The translations under genes were made by a program, and so were the position numbers. The notes under the pieces were generated by a model, which was given only the letters and a program-made list of their open reading frames with translations, had not been told where the DNA came from and did no database searches. 64,000 nucleotides of DNA from Candidatus Babelota bacterium (GTDB lineage Bacteria > Babelota > Babeliae > Babelales > JAUPTZ01). Within the stretch, counting starts at the first letter, position 1. Each line of letters opens with the position of its first letter. Below, piece after piece: positions 26,856 through 38,600 of this stretch. The stretch spans positions 20,403 through 84,402 of the forward strand of contig JAUPTZ010000006.1 in NCBI GenBank assembly GCA_030917815.1. Direction: 5' to 3'.

Positions 26856-28307
26856 ATGAAAAAAACGCTACTCTTACTAATTTCCCTGTTCACCATAGCC
26901 ACTCCAACCCTGCATGGCAGCTCTCCTTCGTGGCCCCTCGCACTCAGTGCACCACTCTTAATTCCACTGCTTACCGGCAACGCCGAACTCACCGAAGCAA
27001 TCAGCGATGGCCTCGATTTTGACCATGCGCGCGAAATCGCCTTCTCTCTTGCGCTGCCAACCTCCTCAAAAAAAACGCTTGCTGCCGATGACGGCGCCAG
27101 CCCTCCGGTCGAGATGAGCTACCAGCTCCGTTGGGGCTACAAAGGAGCCGGTGATGCAACCAAGCCTTTTGACGGCATTAATGGGCAATTCAACATTCAA
27201 TTCAGTTACGACGGCCTAACGTTCCAGCTCTGTAAATCCCGCTCACTGCGTCAAACTATTCGCCATCTCATTGCACCGGTCGTTACCGTTACCGCCTGCC
27301 AGGAATTTTATTTTAAGCTCGCGCAGCTTGCCTGGAGCGTCAGCCAACAGAAGAACCCTGACATCGCCTCGGTACGCACCGCACTAGAAACGTTAATTGC
27401 CCGGCTCAAGCTTACGCCAGGTGGCAACGAATGCTCGTTATACAGCATGCCGATTCTCAATGCACCACAACGTCTTGGACTCGAATCGTATCTGATTCAG
27501 GCACCGGAGCAATGTACGGCCCAGTTTATTATCCTGAGTCAAAAAGGTGGGGCACTTGCCTCCCTTATAACCAATACTACCGGTGCACAACGAACCGCCT
27601 ACCTTAACGCCCTCCTGGCGCAAATCGATTATTACCAAGGGACGCCAACCGTTCTTCATCTGCCCCATGGCGGATCGGTCTACATTCCATTCTGGGAAAA
27701 AGGATCGGGCGACCCTGCCGAACCGTTTACCCCAATGACCATTACTCTTATGATACCGGCCACGGCGCACCTGCCCCATGCAACCGAGTGGACCGTCACC
27801 CTGGATGCGGAGCAAGCCTTCTTGGTGCGTGGCATCATGCTCATACTCCATAACCGCAAGCAACCGCTGCCTCGCTACCAATTCACCGAAGAATTAAGCA
27901 CACTTTGCGCTCGCCTCAGCATTACCCCAACCGCCGACGGCAAAGACCCGAGCTATGTCCGCTCTCTATTAGGGTTGATCTGTTACTATCATCAAACGGT
28001 TGTGCGCTATTCGTTTGAAAAACCACTCAACAAAGTCTTGGATAACCAAGAACTCCTTATGCAGCTCTGCCGTGTTGGCTACCATGCCTACACAATGGAT
28101 GCGGCACATCCGCAAGATCGTGCCGACTTCGTCACCCGCCATTCGGCCGATGCACTCCGCTGCTATCAAGGCACCTTAGCGCTGCGCTCAGGCTGCGCTG
28201 CAAAGACCCGTATCGGCTATCTTCACCACAATGGAGTCGAGATTAAATGGGATCTTTTCATTAAAACATTGCTTGGACCAATCCCGGGCGCCGACGTTGA
28301 AAATTGA
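26856..28307 (+). CDS. Secreted hypothetical protein (483 aa)
   Basis: The ATG at 26856 gives the signal peptide MKKTLLLLISLFTIATPTLHG. No family recognised. Confidence 0.8.
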   Translation: MKKTLLLLISLFTIATPTLHGSSPSWPLALSAPLLIPLLTGNAELTEAISDGLDFDHAREIAFSLALPTSSKKTLAADDGASPPVEMSYQLRWGYKGAGDATKPFDGINGQFNIQFSYDGLTFQLCKSRSLRQTIRHLIAPVVTVTACQEFYFKLAQLAWSVSQQKNPDIASVRTALETLIARLKLTPGGNECSLYSMPILNAPQRLGLESYLIQAPEQCTAQFIILSQKGGALASLITNTTGAQRTAYLNALLAQIDYYQGTPTVLHLPHGGSVYIPFWEKGSGDPAEPFTPMTITLMIPATAHLPHATEWTVTLDAEQAFLVRGIMLILHNRKQPLPRYQFTEELSTLCARLSITPTADGKDPSYVRSLLGLICYYHQTVVRYSFEKPLNKVLDNQELLMQLCRVGYHAYTMDAAHPQDRADFVTRHSADALRCYQGTLALRSGCAAKTRIGYLHHNGVEIKWDLFIKTLLGPIPGADVEN

Positions 28308-28379
28308 CTTAAAGAACAGGATTGTGCGATACTAAAGTTGTACTAATTGAATCTTTGGGTGCCTTGCCGGGGGAAACTT

Positions 28380-30245
28380 ATGAAAAAAATATACCGCTTA
28401 CTCTTACTACCAATCGCACTAATCGGCTTTTCAAATAGCCTGATGCTTGCCGATCCGGTAGTTACCACCGATGATATTAAAGTCCCAACAAGCACTCAGT
28501 TTCAAATTAATAGCTTTAGGCCGCAAGCAGGCAAAAAGAAAGAAACACCCTGGTTCAAAAGAAAAGCGGCCCTCCTCGCCGCGCTCGGTATCAGCGCTGT
28601 CTGCATTGGAGGAGTCTATTATTTTTACCGCACTCAAGATGGCGCCTTAATACCATCATCAGAAGTAACCACGCCACATCTTACCGGCAAATCAGGCTCA
28701 AAAGTTGATGTACCTGCCGGTGTGCCTACACCGAACAAACCGCTTACGGTCCCGACCAAAAAACCAACAGGTACACTACCGGTCGTTGATCCCAAAGCGG
28801 CAGCGGCTGAAGAGACTAAGAGAGAAGAAGCAGCACGACTAACCGCCAAGAAAGAAGCAGATCGTCTTGCCGCAGTAGCAGCAAAAAAAGCAAAGGACAC
28901 GGCCGATGCTGAGGAAGCTGCTCGCGCTGCAGAAGAGCTTCGTAAAGCACAAGCGGCTAAAGATGCGCAACAAGCAAAAGAGGCCAAAGATAAAGAGCGC
29001 AAAGTCGCATTCGAAGCATTCATGGAAGATCCTGAAAGCGTTCCCCCTATGACCAGACTTCAGTTCAAGTTTCGGCGTAAAAAAATGCTTAAAACCCCAG
29101 AATATACTCGCTACGGCAAGCGATCGGCAGAACAACACAATAGTATGGCTAAAATTGATGAGCAACTAAGATCATTTACGGATAGACTTGCCGATGAAAA
29201 TCCGCACGCCGTCACCAGAGCGTCTCTCTATAGTAAACCCACAAGCTATAACCGCACTGGTTTGGGAAGCTTTATTGATCACGAACGACTCCTAAAGGGT
29301 GCCAAGGCACGTGAGGCTGCGGCTCGTGCCGTAATAGACACCGCAAGCAGCGATGAGTCAATTGAGCATGCGCACGCAAAGCTCCAAGAAGCATTAGAGA
29401 TGCAAGCAAAACTCCAGGATGTCATTGACAGGAAAAAGTATGTCAATGATGCGAAAGTCGCCAGAGAAAAAGCGGTCGAAAAACGCAAATCTGCTGATCG
29501 CGCACGAGACACCGCTACGAGGCAAACCAAAGAGTGGGAAATTAAAGAACTTGAACGAGCGCTTAGCGAAGTAAGAGCCGGTGGCTATCGCTTTGGCTCT
29601 GGCTACCCAACTAAAGAGGGTTGGGATGCTCTCTGGGAAAAACAGGAAACTCTAATTCGTACTCAGATCGCAGCACTTAAAGCCGAAGGATCAGTCTCAA
29701 AAGCTGAGCTCGCCGCACAGGCGGCCGAAAAAAGCGCCCAAAAAGCCGAGGCTCACGCTGAGCGGCTTGAAGCTATCACAAAACTTGCTTCGACCGCAGA
29801 GATGTCTCTTGAGAAAAGAAAAGTGCGTCTTGAAGAGATAGCGGAAGACATAGGCGAGTACAAAACCAGATTAGAAGGCCTGCTTCAAGCGGCTCGAGAT
29901 ATGGTCGCAGCAAAAACCACTGAGTGGAATGAAGCAGGACTCCGCTCTAAAATACTGTTCTATGAACACGGCAACGGAAAAAGCCAGCGTTTTGGAGCAG
30001 CCGCTGCGCAGCAGTATCGCGTGTGGCTCGATCAAACACAACACGATTCTGCTTTCAAAACACCTGAGGTAGAAGAGGCTGAAAAAGAGGCCTCAAAATT
30101 TGAAGCAAATATCGCGCAAGCACAGAAAAATTTAACCGATACGATGGCCCTCATTGAAGAAGCTAAATCAATCGATACCGTAGGCCGCCTGGATGAAATC
30201 GAGACAGAGATCTCCAGCATTCAGAACCGAGGATACACTTACTAA
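28380..30245 (+). CDS. Membrane-anchored coiled-coil protein (621 aa), copy 1 of a tandem pair
   Basis: Signal peptide MKKIYRLLLLPIALIGFSNSLMLA, TM AALLAALGISAVCIGGVYYFY, then a Pro/Thr linker and a long Ala/Glu/Lys-rich helical region. Confidence 0.88.
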   Translation: MKKIYRLLLLPIALIGFSNSLMLADPVVTTDDIKVPTSTQFQINSFRPQAGKKKETPWFKRKAALLAALGISAVCIGGVYYFYRTQDGALIPSSEVTTPHLTGKSGSKVDVPAGVPTPNKPLTVPTKKPTGTLPVVDPKAAAAEETKREEAARLTAKKEADRLAAVAAKKAKDTADAEEAARAAEELRKAQAAKDAQQAKEAKDKERKVAFEAFMEDPESVPPMTRLQFKFRRKKMLKTPEYTRYGKRSAEQHNSMAKIDEQLRSFTDRLADENPHAVTRASLYSKPTSYNRTGLGSFIDHERLLKGAKAREAAARAVIDTASSDESIEHAHAKLQEALEMQAKLQDVIDRKKYVNDAKVAREKAVEKRKSADRARDTATRQTKEWEIKELERALSEVRAGGYRFGSGYPTKEGWDALWEKQETLIRTQIAALKAEGSVSKAELAAQAAEKSAQKAEAHAERLEAITKLASTAEMSLEKRKVRLEEIAEDIGEYKTRLEGLLQAARDMVAAKTTEWNEAGLRSKILFYEHGNGKSQRFGAAAAQQYRVWLDQTQHDSAFKTPEVEEAEKEASKFEANIAQAQKNLTDTMALIEEAKSIDTVGRLDEIETEISSIQNRGYTY

Positions 30246-30256
30246 AAGAGAAACTT

Positions 30257-31889
30257 ATGAAAAAAATATACCGCTTACTCTTCCTACCAATTGCACTGAT
30301 CGGCTTTTCAAATAGCCTGATGGTCGCCGATCCGGTAGTTACCACCGATGATATTAAAGTTCCAACAAGCACTCAGTTTCAAATTAATAGCTTTAGGCCG
30401 CAAGCAGGCAAAAAAAGAGACACCTTGGTTCAAGAGAAAAGCGGCCCTCCTCGGCGCGCTCGGCATCAGCGCTGTCTGCATTGGAGGAGTCTATTATTTT
30501 TACCGCACTCAAGATGGCGCCTTAATACCATCATCAGAAGTAACCACGCCACAGCTTACCGACAAATCAGGCTCAAAAGTTGATGTACCTGCCGGTGTGC
30601 CTACACCGAACAAACCGCTTACGGTACCAACCAAAAAACCAAAAGGTACACTACCAGTCGTTGATCCCAAAGCGACAGCGGCTGAAGAAACGAAGAGAAA
30701 AGAAGCGGCGGCACAACTAGCAGCCCAAAAAGAAGCAGATCGCCTTGCCGCAATAGCAGCACAAAAAGCAAAAGACTCGGCCGATGCTGAGGAAGCTGCA
30801 CGTAAAGCAGAAGAAGATCGCAAAGCACAAGAGGCTAAAGATGCGCAAGCTGCGAAAGCGGCACACGAAGAAGCGGTCAAGCGAGCTGAGCAAAAAGTAG
30901 AAAAAGCTGTCGCAGCGCGTAACCGAAAATGGGGAAGACCGGCGCTAGAAGGAGAGGAAAAACAGAAACTCTTTGACGCCATACTCCGAGAAGAAAGTGA
31001 AACGCCAACAGAAAGATCGGCCCGCCTCGCCGATACATTAGCGCGCGCTCAAAGTAGTATCCCCGGCCTCAAGGAAAGACTTGAACGAAGGCGCTTAAAA
31101 ACACAAATGAAAGCGGCCGAAAAAACGGGGAAAAAAACACCCCGAGATTTGCATAAACCTTATGGCAAAACTAGATATACAAGCCGGGCCGTGGAAAGCC
31201 AATGGAAGAAGTTTTCAGATGAATTTGAAAGCGCTGATGCAACATTTTCATCGTATACGCCTCGCATAGTACTCACCACATCGGGAAGCAGCATCCAATC
31301 GACTCAACGCCCTTCACGACAACTTGAACGCGCAAACATACGCTTAGCTCGCGTAACAGCGGCCGCAAGCGCAAACCCAGAAGATGTAACATTGCAAGAA
31401 GAATTAGCCCAAGCAGTCACAAATAAAGCAACAAAAGAAGAGGCTTTTCTACGAGCTTCCATCACAAAGCTTGCGCAAGAAGCTCGTCAGAATGCCACTC
31501 GCAAGGCTGAGCTTGCTACGCAACGAAGAGAGCAAGCAGAGGCGGCAAGAATTCGGCATACACCAAAAATAGAACTATACGCTGCAGAGCATGCCCGCTG
31601 TGTCCCGCTACAAATGCGCGGACAAATAACTGCTCCAGCTCTTGGCAATCTTGCCAGGGCCTTGCGTGAAGAACGAGAGTGCGTTAACAAACCAGAAAAA
31701 GATGCGGCCGAAGCCCTGGAGATGGCCACGCTCGCAGAGGAAGGTGCCTCAGCGGCTGAGACGGCACTGCGCGCCCTAGAGGGGCCACTGTCGCTTGAAG
31801 AGCTCCATGCACAGTTCGCTACCGCAAAAGAAGGCCTAGCCAAAACTGAACGCATGCATCATGCTGCTTGGGATAGAACTTATCTTTGA
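30257..31889 (+). pseudogene. Copy 2 of the tandem coiled-coil gene, interrupted by a +1 frameshift in an A7 tract (30410-30416)
   Basis: ORFs 30257-30583 and 30348-31889 together reproduce the copy-1 architecture. The first ~440 nt are near-identical to copy 1. Removing one A restores ...GKKETPWFKRKAALL... Confidence 0.75.
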
Positions 31890-31901
31890 TAGAGCTTATC
31901 G

Positions 31902-33044
31902 TTAATCTCCATGTACCGCTTTACTCATCCTGCCGTACACATAATCCAAAACGTGAGTAAACCCTTCTTTACGAAAGAGTGGATTGCGCTCAACGTAGAA
32001 GCGGAGTGTTTGAAAAACCTCCAATGGGCGAAGCTCCATATCAAAAAGAAGAGCACGGCAAATTATCGTCATTAATTCGGCAATAAGAGCCTGTGTATGC
32101 TCATTATCTCGTGCCCGCTCTGCGCCGCGCTCAGGAGCATGATAATATACCGAGGTGTCGGTGCACACATTGGCTATCTGCCGACCAACCGTATATTTCG
32201 ATGTGTAGGGCGCAGGACGAAAAAACCATCGCTGCTTTTCAATACCATCGCGGATGAATCTCTCTAGCCCATCGGTGCATCCTTTAGACTCTAAGGTTGC
32301 GTGACATTTTTCTATAATTTCTAATAAAGATACGTTAACCCCATGCTTTTGCAGAAGCTCTTTTCTGCGCACATAACATTTTTTGATAACCACATCCAAT
32401 GAGGTTTGCTCTGCACAGTCGTACAGTGCTTTCATTGGGTACCGATCCTTCAAATCATAGATCCACAGATAGGCCACCTCGTGGCCATAGCATTTTTTAT
32501 GCATCAATAATATATCAACGAGATGACAGCGCTTTTCACATGCAAAATTGACATCACCAACAACTTTACTCGCCCACATAAGACCATGCATTTGAAGGAG
32601 CACCGCATCGGGCTTGTGGTACCAAAAAAGCAAGTTGTCCCTATCTGGAACGCTGAGATGGAGATCTAGTTTTTCGGTAGCCCAACAGATAACATCGAGC
32701 GGCTCCCTAGTATGAAGAATACAATCGGTTGGTGAATTAAATGCACACAATTCTTCAGAAACCGAGCTTACCGCACTGATACTTCTTTCTAATTCAGGAA
32801 ACGGTGTGCCAAGATCATCGGCCGACTCTGCATCCTCACCGAGCTCATCAACGGTTGGCAGTGATTCGCCTACCGTTACCGATGAACAAAAACTATCAAG
32901 GGATGTATCACTAGAACGACGACTTTTGCATGGTGGCGTTGGAGGCATTGTCAGCACGACACCAACAGGCAGCTCACTTTCCATGCCAAAAAGAGTACCG
33001 TACCCCACGAGTACAACAAGCAGACCTATCATCTCATTACGCAT
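31902..33044 (-). CDS. Hypothetical membrane-anchored Cys/His-rich protein (~380 aa)
   Basis: AGGAGG upstream. N-terminal TM MIGLLVVLVGYGTLFG, an acidic Ser-rich linker, then a globular region. No family recognised. GTG at 33050 is an alternative start. Confidence 0.8.
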   Translation of the reverse strand: MRNEMIGLLVVLVGYGTLFGMESELPVGVVLTMPPTPPCKSRRSSDTSLDSFCSSVTVGESLPTVDELGEDAESADDLGTPFPELERSISAVSSVSEELCAFNSPTDCILHTREPLDVICWATEKLDLHLSVPDRDNLLFWYHKPDAVLLQMHGLMWASKVVGDVNFACEKRCHLVDILLMHKKCYGHEVAYLWIYDLKDRYPMKALYDCAEQTSLDVVIKKCYVRRKELLQKHGVNVSLLEIIEKCHATLESKGCTDGLERFIRDGIEKQRWFFRPAPYTSKYTVGRQIANVCTDTSVYYHAPERGAERARDNEHTQALIAELMTIICRALLFDMELRPLEVFQTLRFYVERNPLFRKEGFTHVLDYVYGRMSKAVHGD

Positions 33045-33068
33045 ATGCACACCCCCTCCTGGTACTTA

Positions 33069-35534
33069 CTACGCTTCGGTATCTTCCTTCAACTGGCTTT
33101 TCAATCGGTATATCAACTCAAATGCTGCTCTCGGCGACAACGCATCGATATCGAGCGCGCGCAGTTCAGCACAGACCGGATGCTCCGGTAAAACTTTTTG
33201 TAAAATAGGTAACTCGGCTATCCGTGCCGGCATATACACCGACTGCCCTGCCAGCAACTGACGGGCCCGTGCAATAATGGAGGGTGGTAACTGGGCCAAA
33301 TGAGCCACATCAACCCCAAAGCTGGCCGTTGCAATCCCCGGCTCTATACGATGCAAAAAATGCAGCGTATCACCCTGCTTGTAACACACCATGTGGTAGT
33401 TTGCGATGGAGGGTTGCTCCTCTGCCAATGCAGTCAGTTCATGATAATGCGTCGCAAAAAGAGTTAGGCATCCTATCTGACTAACCAGATGCTCAATAAT
33501 TGCTTGTGCCAAGGCACGTCCATCTTCGGTACTAGTACCTCGCCCTACCTCATCAAGAATTACCAAACTAGCACTCGTCGCCTGCATGCAAATCGTAGCG
33601 GCCTCTTCCATTTCTACTAAGAAAGTACTCTTTCCTTGGGCCACATTATCACCGGCACCAATACGGGTAAAAATACGATCAACCAGCATCAATTCGGCTC
33701 GTCTAGCCGGCACAAAACTCCCACACTGCGCAAGGAGAACAATCAACGCCACTTGGCGCAAATAGGTCGATTTACCACCCATGTTCGGCCCGGTAACCAG
33801 CCACACCCGCTGTGTCACATCAAGCATCGTATCATTGGCCACAAAGTGGCCGGCTTCAAGCGCTTGCTCGACAACCGGATGCCTCCCTGCTGCAATAGAA
33901 ATCACACGATCTGCGGTGAAGGTTGGTCGTGCATACCGATGAGTGGCCGCTATCTGGGCAAAGCCACACAGCACATCAAGAGTCGCCAATGCTGCAGCCG
34001 TACGACGAAGTGATCCGGCAAAACTACGCACATAGGTTTCAACAGCACTGTATAATTCTTTATCCAGTACGACTGCATCTTCATGAGCACTCTGCAATGC
34101 CTGCTCGAGCGCCGAAAGTTCGGCCGTTACATACCGCTCCCGCCCCGCCAATGTTTGAATGTGGCGATACGACTCAGGAACTTTGTGCGTATGCGTTTTC
34201 GTAACCTCAATGAAATACCCTGATACCGAGGTATAGAGAATTTTTAACGAAGAGATGTCGCAAGACGATGCCTGCTCGGCAGCATACCGTTGAATATGCG
34301 CATGACCATCATGAGACAACGCCCGAGCGCTATCAAGTTTTTCACTATAGCCCGGCTTAATAAACCATTCTTGCTCACCATCATAAATACTGCTCACGAG
34401 AACGCCCTGAAGGTCCTCATATGAGCCACAGCGGCTCAATAATTGTCCGAGCAACTCGGTCTGCGGCATCGTTGAGAGCAACGCATGCAACTGCGCAATT
34501 GAAGCAAGTGAATCACGCAAGGCGCGATAATCGGCAATCGTCGCACGCATGAGCACCATGCGCCCAACGATACGTTCGACATCGGCAATTGCGGTAAAAA
34601 TCTGTTGAACCTGAGAGCGTACCGTAACATCACCGGCAAACAACGCCACCACATCGTGCCGCTGCTCGATGAGTCGCTGATCTCTCAGCGGCCTGACCAA
34701 CCATTTTTTTAAAAGTCGTGCCCCCATAGCGGTCACCGTACCATCAATCGCATGGCACACCGTATGCAGGTCACCACCATTATCATGATTGTGAATCAAG
34801 GCGATATTTCGCTGCGTCGCCGCATCAAGCATTACATATTGGGTCGGCTCATACACGACCGGCGCAGAAAGTTGTTCGATAATAGCCGGCTGGACACGAG
34901 CAAGGTACTGGTGCATTAACTGCAATGCATCCGATGATTCTCCATGCACCATGGTCACCACATAGCCCCATTTTTTTATGGTACTTGCCAAGGGACTTGC
35001 ATTACACAGCAATACCTCATCCGGCATATACCGGGCAAGTTCGGCTTCAAGACTACGCATATCATATTCTGGCACACTGGTACGTACTTGATGAGCGGTT
35101 AATAACTCCACCGCGACAATATCACACTGGCCCTTCACCGCCACCACACTGCAGACATAGGACGCAACTTTTTCATTGAGCATCGCGTCGTCGGTCAACG
35201 TGCCCGGTGTGTATACTTTAGTCACCGCTCGCTCTACGACCGTACCAGGTTGTGGCTTTGAGCGCTGATCACAGAGCGCCACAGAGAAGCCGCCCTTAAC
35301 TAGTTTAGTAAGATAAAAATGCAACGCATGTACCGGTACCCCGCATAACGGAATATCCATACCGTTTGCTTTACCCCGCTTCGTAAGCGTAATCGCTAAA
35401 TAACGAGAAGCCCTGACCGCGTCATCAAAAAAGAGTTCGTAGAAATCGCCGACTTGGAAGAAAAGAAGTGCATCGGGATAGTGTGCCTTGATGCCGTGAT
35501 ATTGGGCCATTAACGGAGTTTGTTGTGCGCTCAT
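33069..35534 (-). CDS. mutS: DNA mismatch repair protein MutS (821 aa)
   Basis: N-terminal TPLMAQYHGIKAHYPDALLFFQVGDFYELFFDDA, Walker A TGPNMGGKSTYLRQ, and ILDEVGRGTSTEDG / ATHYHEL motifs. Confidence 0.97.
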   Translation of the reverse strand: MSAQQTPLMAQYHGIKAHYPDALLFFQVGDFYELFFDDAVRASRYLAITLTKRGKANGMDIPLCGVPVHALHFYLTKLVKGGFSVALCDQRSKPQPGTVVERAVTKVYTPGTLTDDAMLNEKVASYVCSVVAVKGQCDIVAVELLTAHQVRTSVPEYDMRSLEAELARYMPDEVLLCNASPLASTIKKWGYVVTMVHGESSDALQLMHQYLARVQPAIIEQLSAPVVYEPTQYVMLDAATQRNIALIHNHDNGGDLHTVCHAIDGTVTAMGARLLKKWLVRPLRDQRLIEQRHDVVALFAGDVTVRSQVQQIFTAIADVERIVGRMVLMRATIADYRALRDSLASIAQLHALLSTMPQTELLGQLLSRCGSYEDLQGVLVSSIYDGEQEWFIKPGYSEKLDSARALSHDGHAHIQRYAAEQASSCDISSLKILYTSVSGYFIEVTKTHTHKVPESYRHIQTLAGRERYVTAELSALEQALQSAHEDAVVLDKELYSAVETYVRSFAGSLRRTAAALATLDVLCGFAQIAATHRYARPTFTADRVISIAAGRHPVVEQALEAGHFVANDTMLDVTQRVWLVTGPNMGGKSTYLRQVALIVLLAQCGSFVPARRAELMLVDRIFTRIGAGDNVAQGKSTFLVEMEEAATICMQATSASLVILDEVGRGTSTEDGRALAQAIIEHLVSQIGCLTLFATHYHELTALAEEQPSIANYHMVCYKQGDTLHFLHRIEPGIATASFGVDVAHLAQLPPSIIARARQLLAGQSVYMPARIAELPILQKVLPEHPVCAELRALDIDALSPRAAFELIYRLKSQLKEDTEA

Positions 35535-35608
35535 GTGAATCTACATACCGAGTGAAAAAAGAGAGCGGTAGTGTCGCATGAAATAGGGTAAGGTGCAACT
35601 TTAATACT

Positions 35609-38600
35609 TTAAGGAACAGTACACACCGGCTGAACCTCTTCATACGCACTAAATAACGGCTCATAGGAAAACAACCCAAACAGCCACGGCAACGTAATAC
35701 ATTCGGTGAGGCGCATATGCTCAATAAAGTCCTCTTTATTATTCCGCCGCGATGCAAAATCGGCATCTAAATCCTTAACAAGCATATCCATCGTCGCAAT
35801 GAGACGGAGATAGAGCTGAATCGCACGCCGTTGCTCATCACCAATCATATACATTTTTGTTTTAATGATGCCTTCGCCCTCTTTGTTTTTTAATGACGGC
35901 GCTGGCGCATCTTCCGGCATACTGCCGTGCTTTTCGGCCTCTTTACCCCATTCATCATAATTTGCCTTCAAGCGGTGATCAATTTTTTCTTTGTCTTGTA
36001 ACATATCGCGCAATTGCGTTGGCACCAACACTTTATCGGCACCATGCGCACGCGCAAACTTAGTATAGAGATTAGATACGATAGCGCGACGATGACCAAC
36101 CTGGTCAATTGGCTGCGTAGTCAATTCGTGCCCATACGCATAAATACCACCGTGTGAACAGGCCACCTGCGACCAATCATGCAAATAGAGCCGATTGTCA
36201 TAGAGTCGCCATTGCTCCGGCTTTTTATCGGAATAGGTAACTTCAAACAATGAGTAATCGGGTGCTTTCAACCCTTCTCCCTCTATCTTATCCAATACCG
36301 GCTGGACAAAGCACAACTGACCATGCGTGTCCGGAAGCACAACCAGCGGAATAGCCGGAAATTTTTCTTTATTAATTATCAACGCATCCTCATCCCCTTG
36401 CCGCGCGTACAGGACATTGGCACAGGTTACATACCAACGTACTCGTGCAAGCCGAAGCAGTGATCCCAGCCGAGAGCGATCATGACAATCAGGCGAAATG
36501 CGTCCCAGAATTTCAACCGACACCCCATTATCCAAGATACCGGATTGCAAACCGGTTACCTCATCACGGGTAATAGAACCACCATTTACCACAGATGCGG
36601 TCGCAAATCGTTGCCAGAGACGGCTCGTATGGGAAAGCACCATATTACCTCCAAAGATGTCTACTAATGCCTTACTCCAAGCCAGCAAGTCGGGCGCATT
36701 AAATTGCTGCACCGTCACATATTCACGGGTATTACCGTACGCATGAAAGAGGCCGGCATGCTCCTGCCGTATTTTTTGCTCTACTTTCGTTTTCATATAA
36801 GCAGTTACCGATACATCAAAGCCGGCAATGCGCTCTCGCAAAAGCGTCGTTAATGATTGCATATCAATACCATCAATGTTGGTAGTCGCGTGATCAACCA
36901 ACATATCAAACAGCGCAAGCCGCACCGTTGATTCATAGATAAGCGCATTAGTGAATTTTTGCACCATGCCGGGCGCATCAAGCGTCGCCAGCAATTGAGC
37001 ATTGTGTACAAAATCTTGATAAAAACTAGCACCAACAGAAAAATCTTTGTGCAGCAAAGCAAGTTGTTGAATAACATAATTAACCCGAATATTTTCACGA
37101 CTAGAACGGGAGTACATACTCGCAAAATCAACCATGACCACCTGCTCTACCTGCTTATCTTTAAGCTGCGTAATAAGATCATTCAAGAAATAATCATAGG
37201 CCATAGGAAAACGAATGCCGATGCTAAAAATCATCTGTTCTGGACAGCAGTTTTTCAAACCATGCGATGGTGCCGTCGCAAGCGGCATTCGCCGGCGAAT
37301 ATGATTCGGCCGTGTACGATCAAAAAGATAATAATTCCCTTCATGGGCAAAACTAACCCACTGATTTATTTCGGCTTTTCCTAAAAGATACAAATTAAGC
37401 GCATAAGACCATTCAGGATTGTGCGCCTCAGCAGCCATTAGGTCATAGCTCGCCGCGAGCGGTTGCGCCTGCTGCATCATCTGCGCAAATTCCTGTTCAA
37501 GCCGCTCTTTATGTTTAAGTACATACGCGGTCAGTGCCATCATTTCTTGTGCATCGCACAGCGCCCCACAATCAACATATACATAGCCATCAGGCTTGTA
37601 CGTGAAGTGAGAAACTTGTGCCGGCAAGTCGGCAATAACCACGTCGTCGGCATAAGAGAAAACAGTCGCTAATTGTGATGACGAGTTGTCAACATGCTCG
37701 TATTCATCAATATTTTCACCATGCTTCATCATGTTTTGTACGTTGCCAAGCATAGTACTTTTGCCTACACCATCGACAAAGCTACAAAATACATAGGCGG
37801 TTTTTTTATTGTTCAATGGTTTTAACTGCGGCACAAAAGTTTTTACAAACGTCTGTGCATGACGTGTCGCATCCTTATGATGCACTAATGAAGTTTCAAT
37901 TGGATAAGTAATGTCAGGACCAATATAAAAATGCAGCACCGGTACTGCCGATTGACGAAGATAGCGCATATACGCAATTGAAAACAAAATATCTTGGGTG
38001 CCGACTACATGCTGCTTACCGGTTACTTTTAATTCACGCGAATAAAGCGTATGCCAAAAACGCATACACTCACCAAAGAAATGAGAAAAACTATTTCCGC
38101 GCAACAGCTTTTGTGCCTTAACATAGGTTTGCATAGTAGGCACATACGCTTCACCAAAAGCATGCTCCTGAAACAACGTTCCGATACCATCAAACGTTTC
38201 CACTTGATCAGGATTAATATGCGTCACCGGCAACACCCCTTCTTTGCCGGCAAGCTTATTAGCATCTTTACAGAGAAAGCCGGTCAACAATCCGAAACGA
38301 TTAAACATCTTAAGCGACCACCCGGCATTGGTTTGCTTACCCATTTCATCGGAGAAGTAAGCATCGGTATATTTTGTTTTGTAGCGGGTGATGCCCTGCT
38401 CTTCATATCCCATTAACGTCAGACGACCTACAATTGGAAGCCCATTACCCTGCAACTGCTCCTCTAACGTCGCAAAACTACGAGCGGTTTCTTCAAGCAA
38501 GGCCGGATGATATTCGTGGGTAAATTTACCGGTGATATTCACCTCATAGTGTCCAATAAAACTATCAAGAAATTTTTGTGCCGACGTTACGCCAACTAGT

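Noticed and set aside
30257-30583. 108-aa ORF that could be called as an independent small secreted protein
   Set aside because: Its first ~52 codons are almost identical to the N-terminus of the 28380 gene. The similarity continues in the +1 frame (30348-31889). It is the 5' fragment of a frameshifted paralog and not a separate gene.
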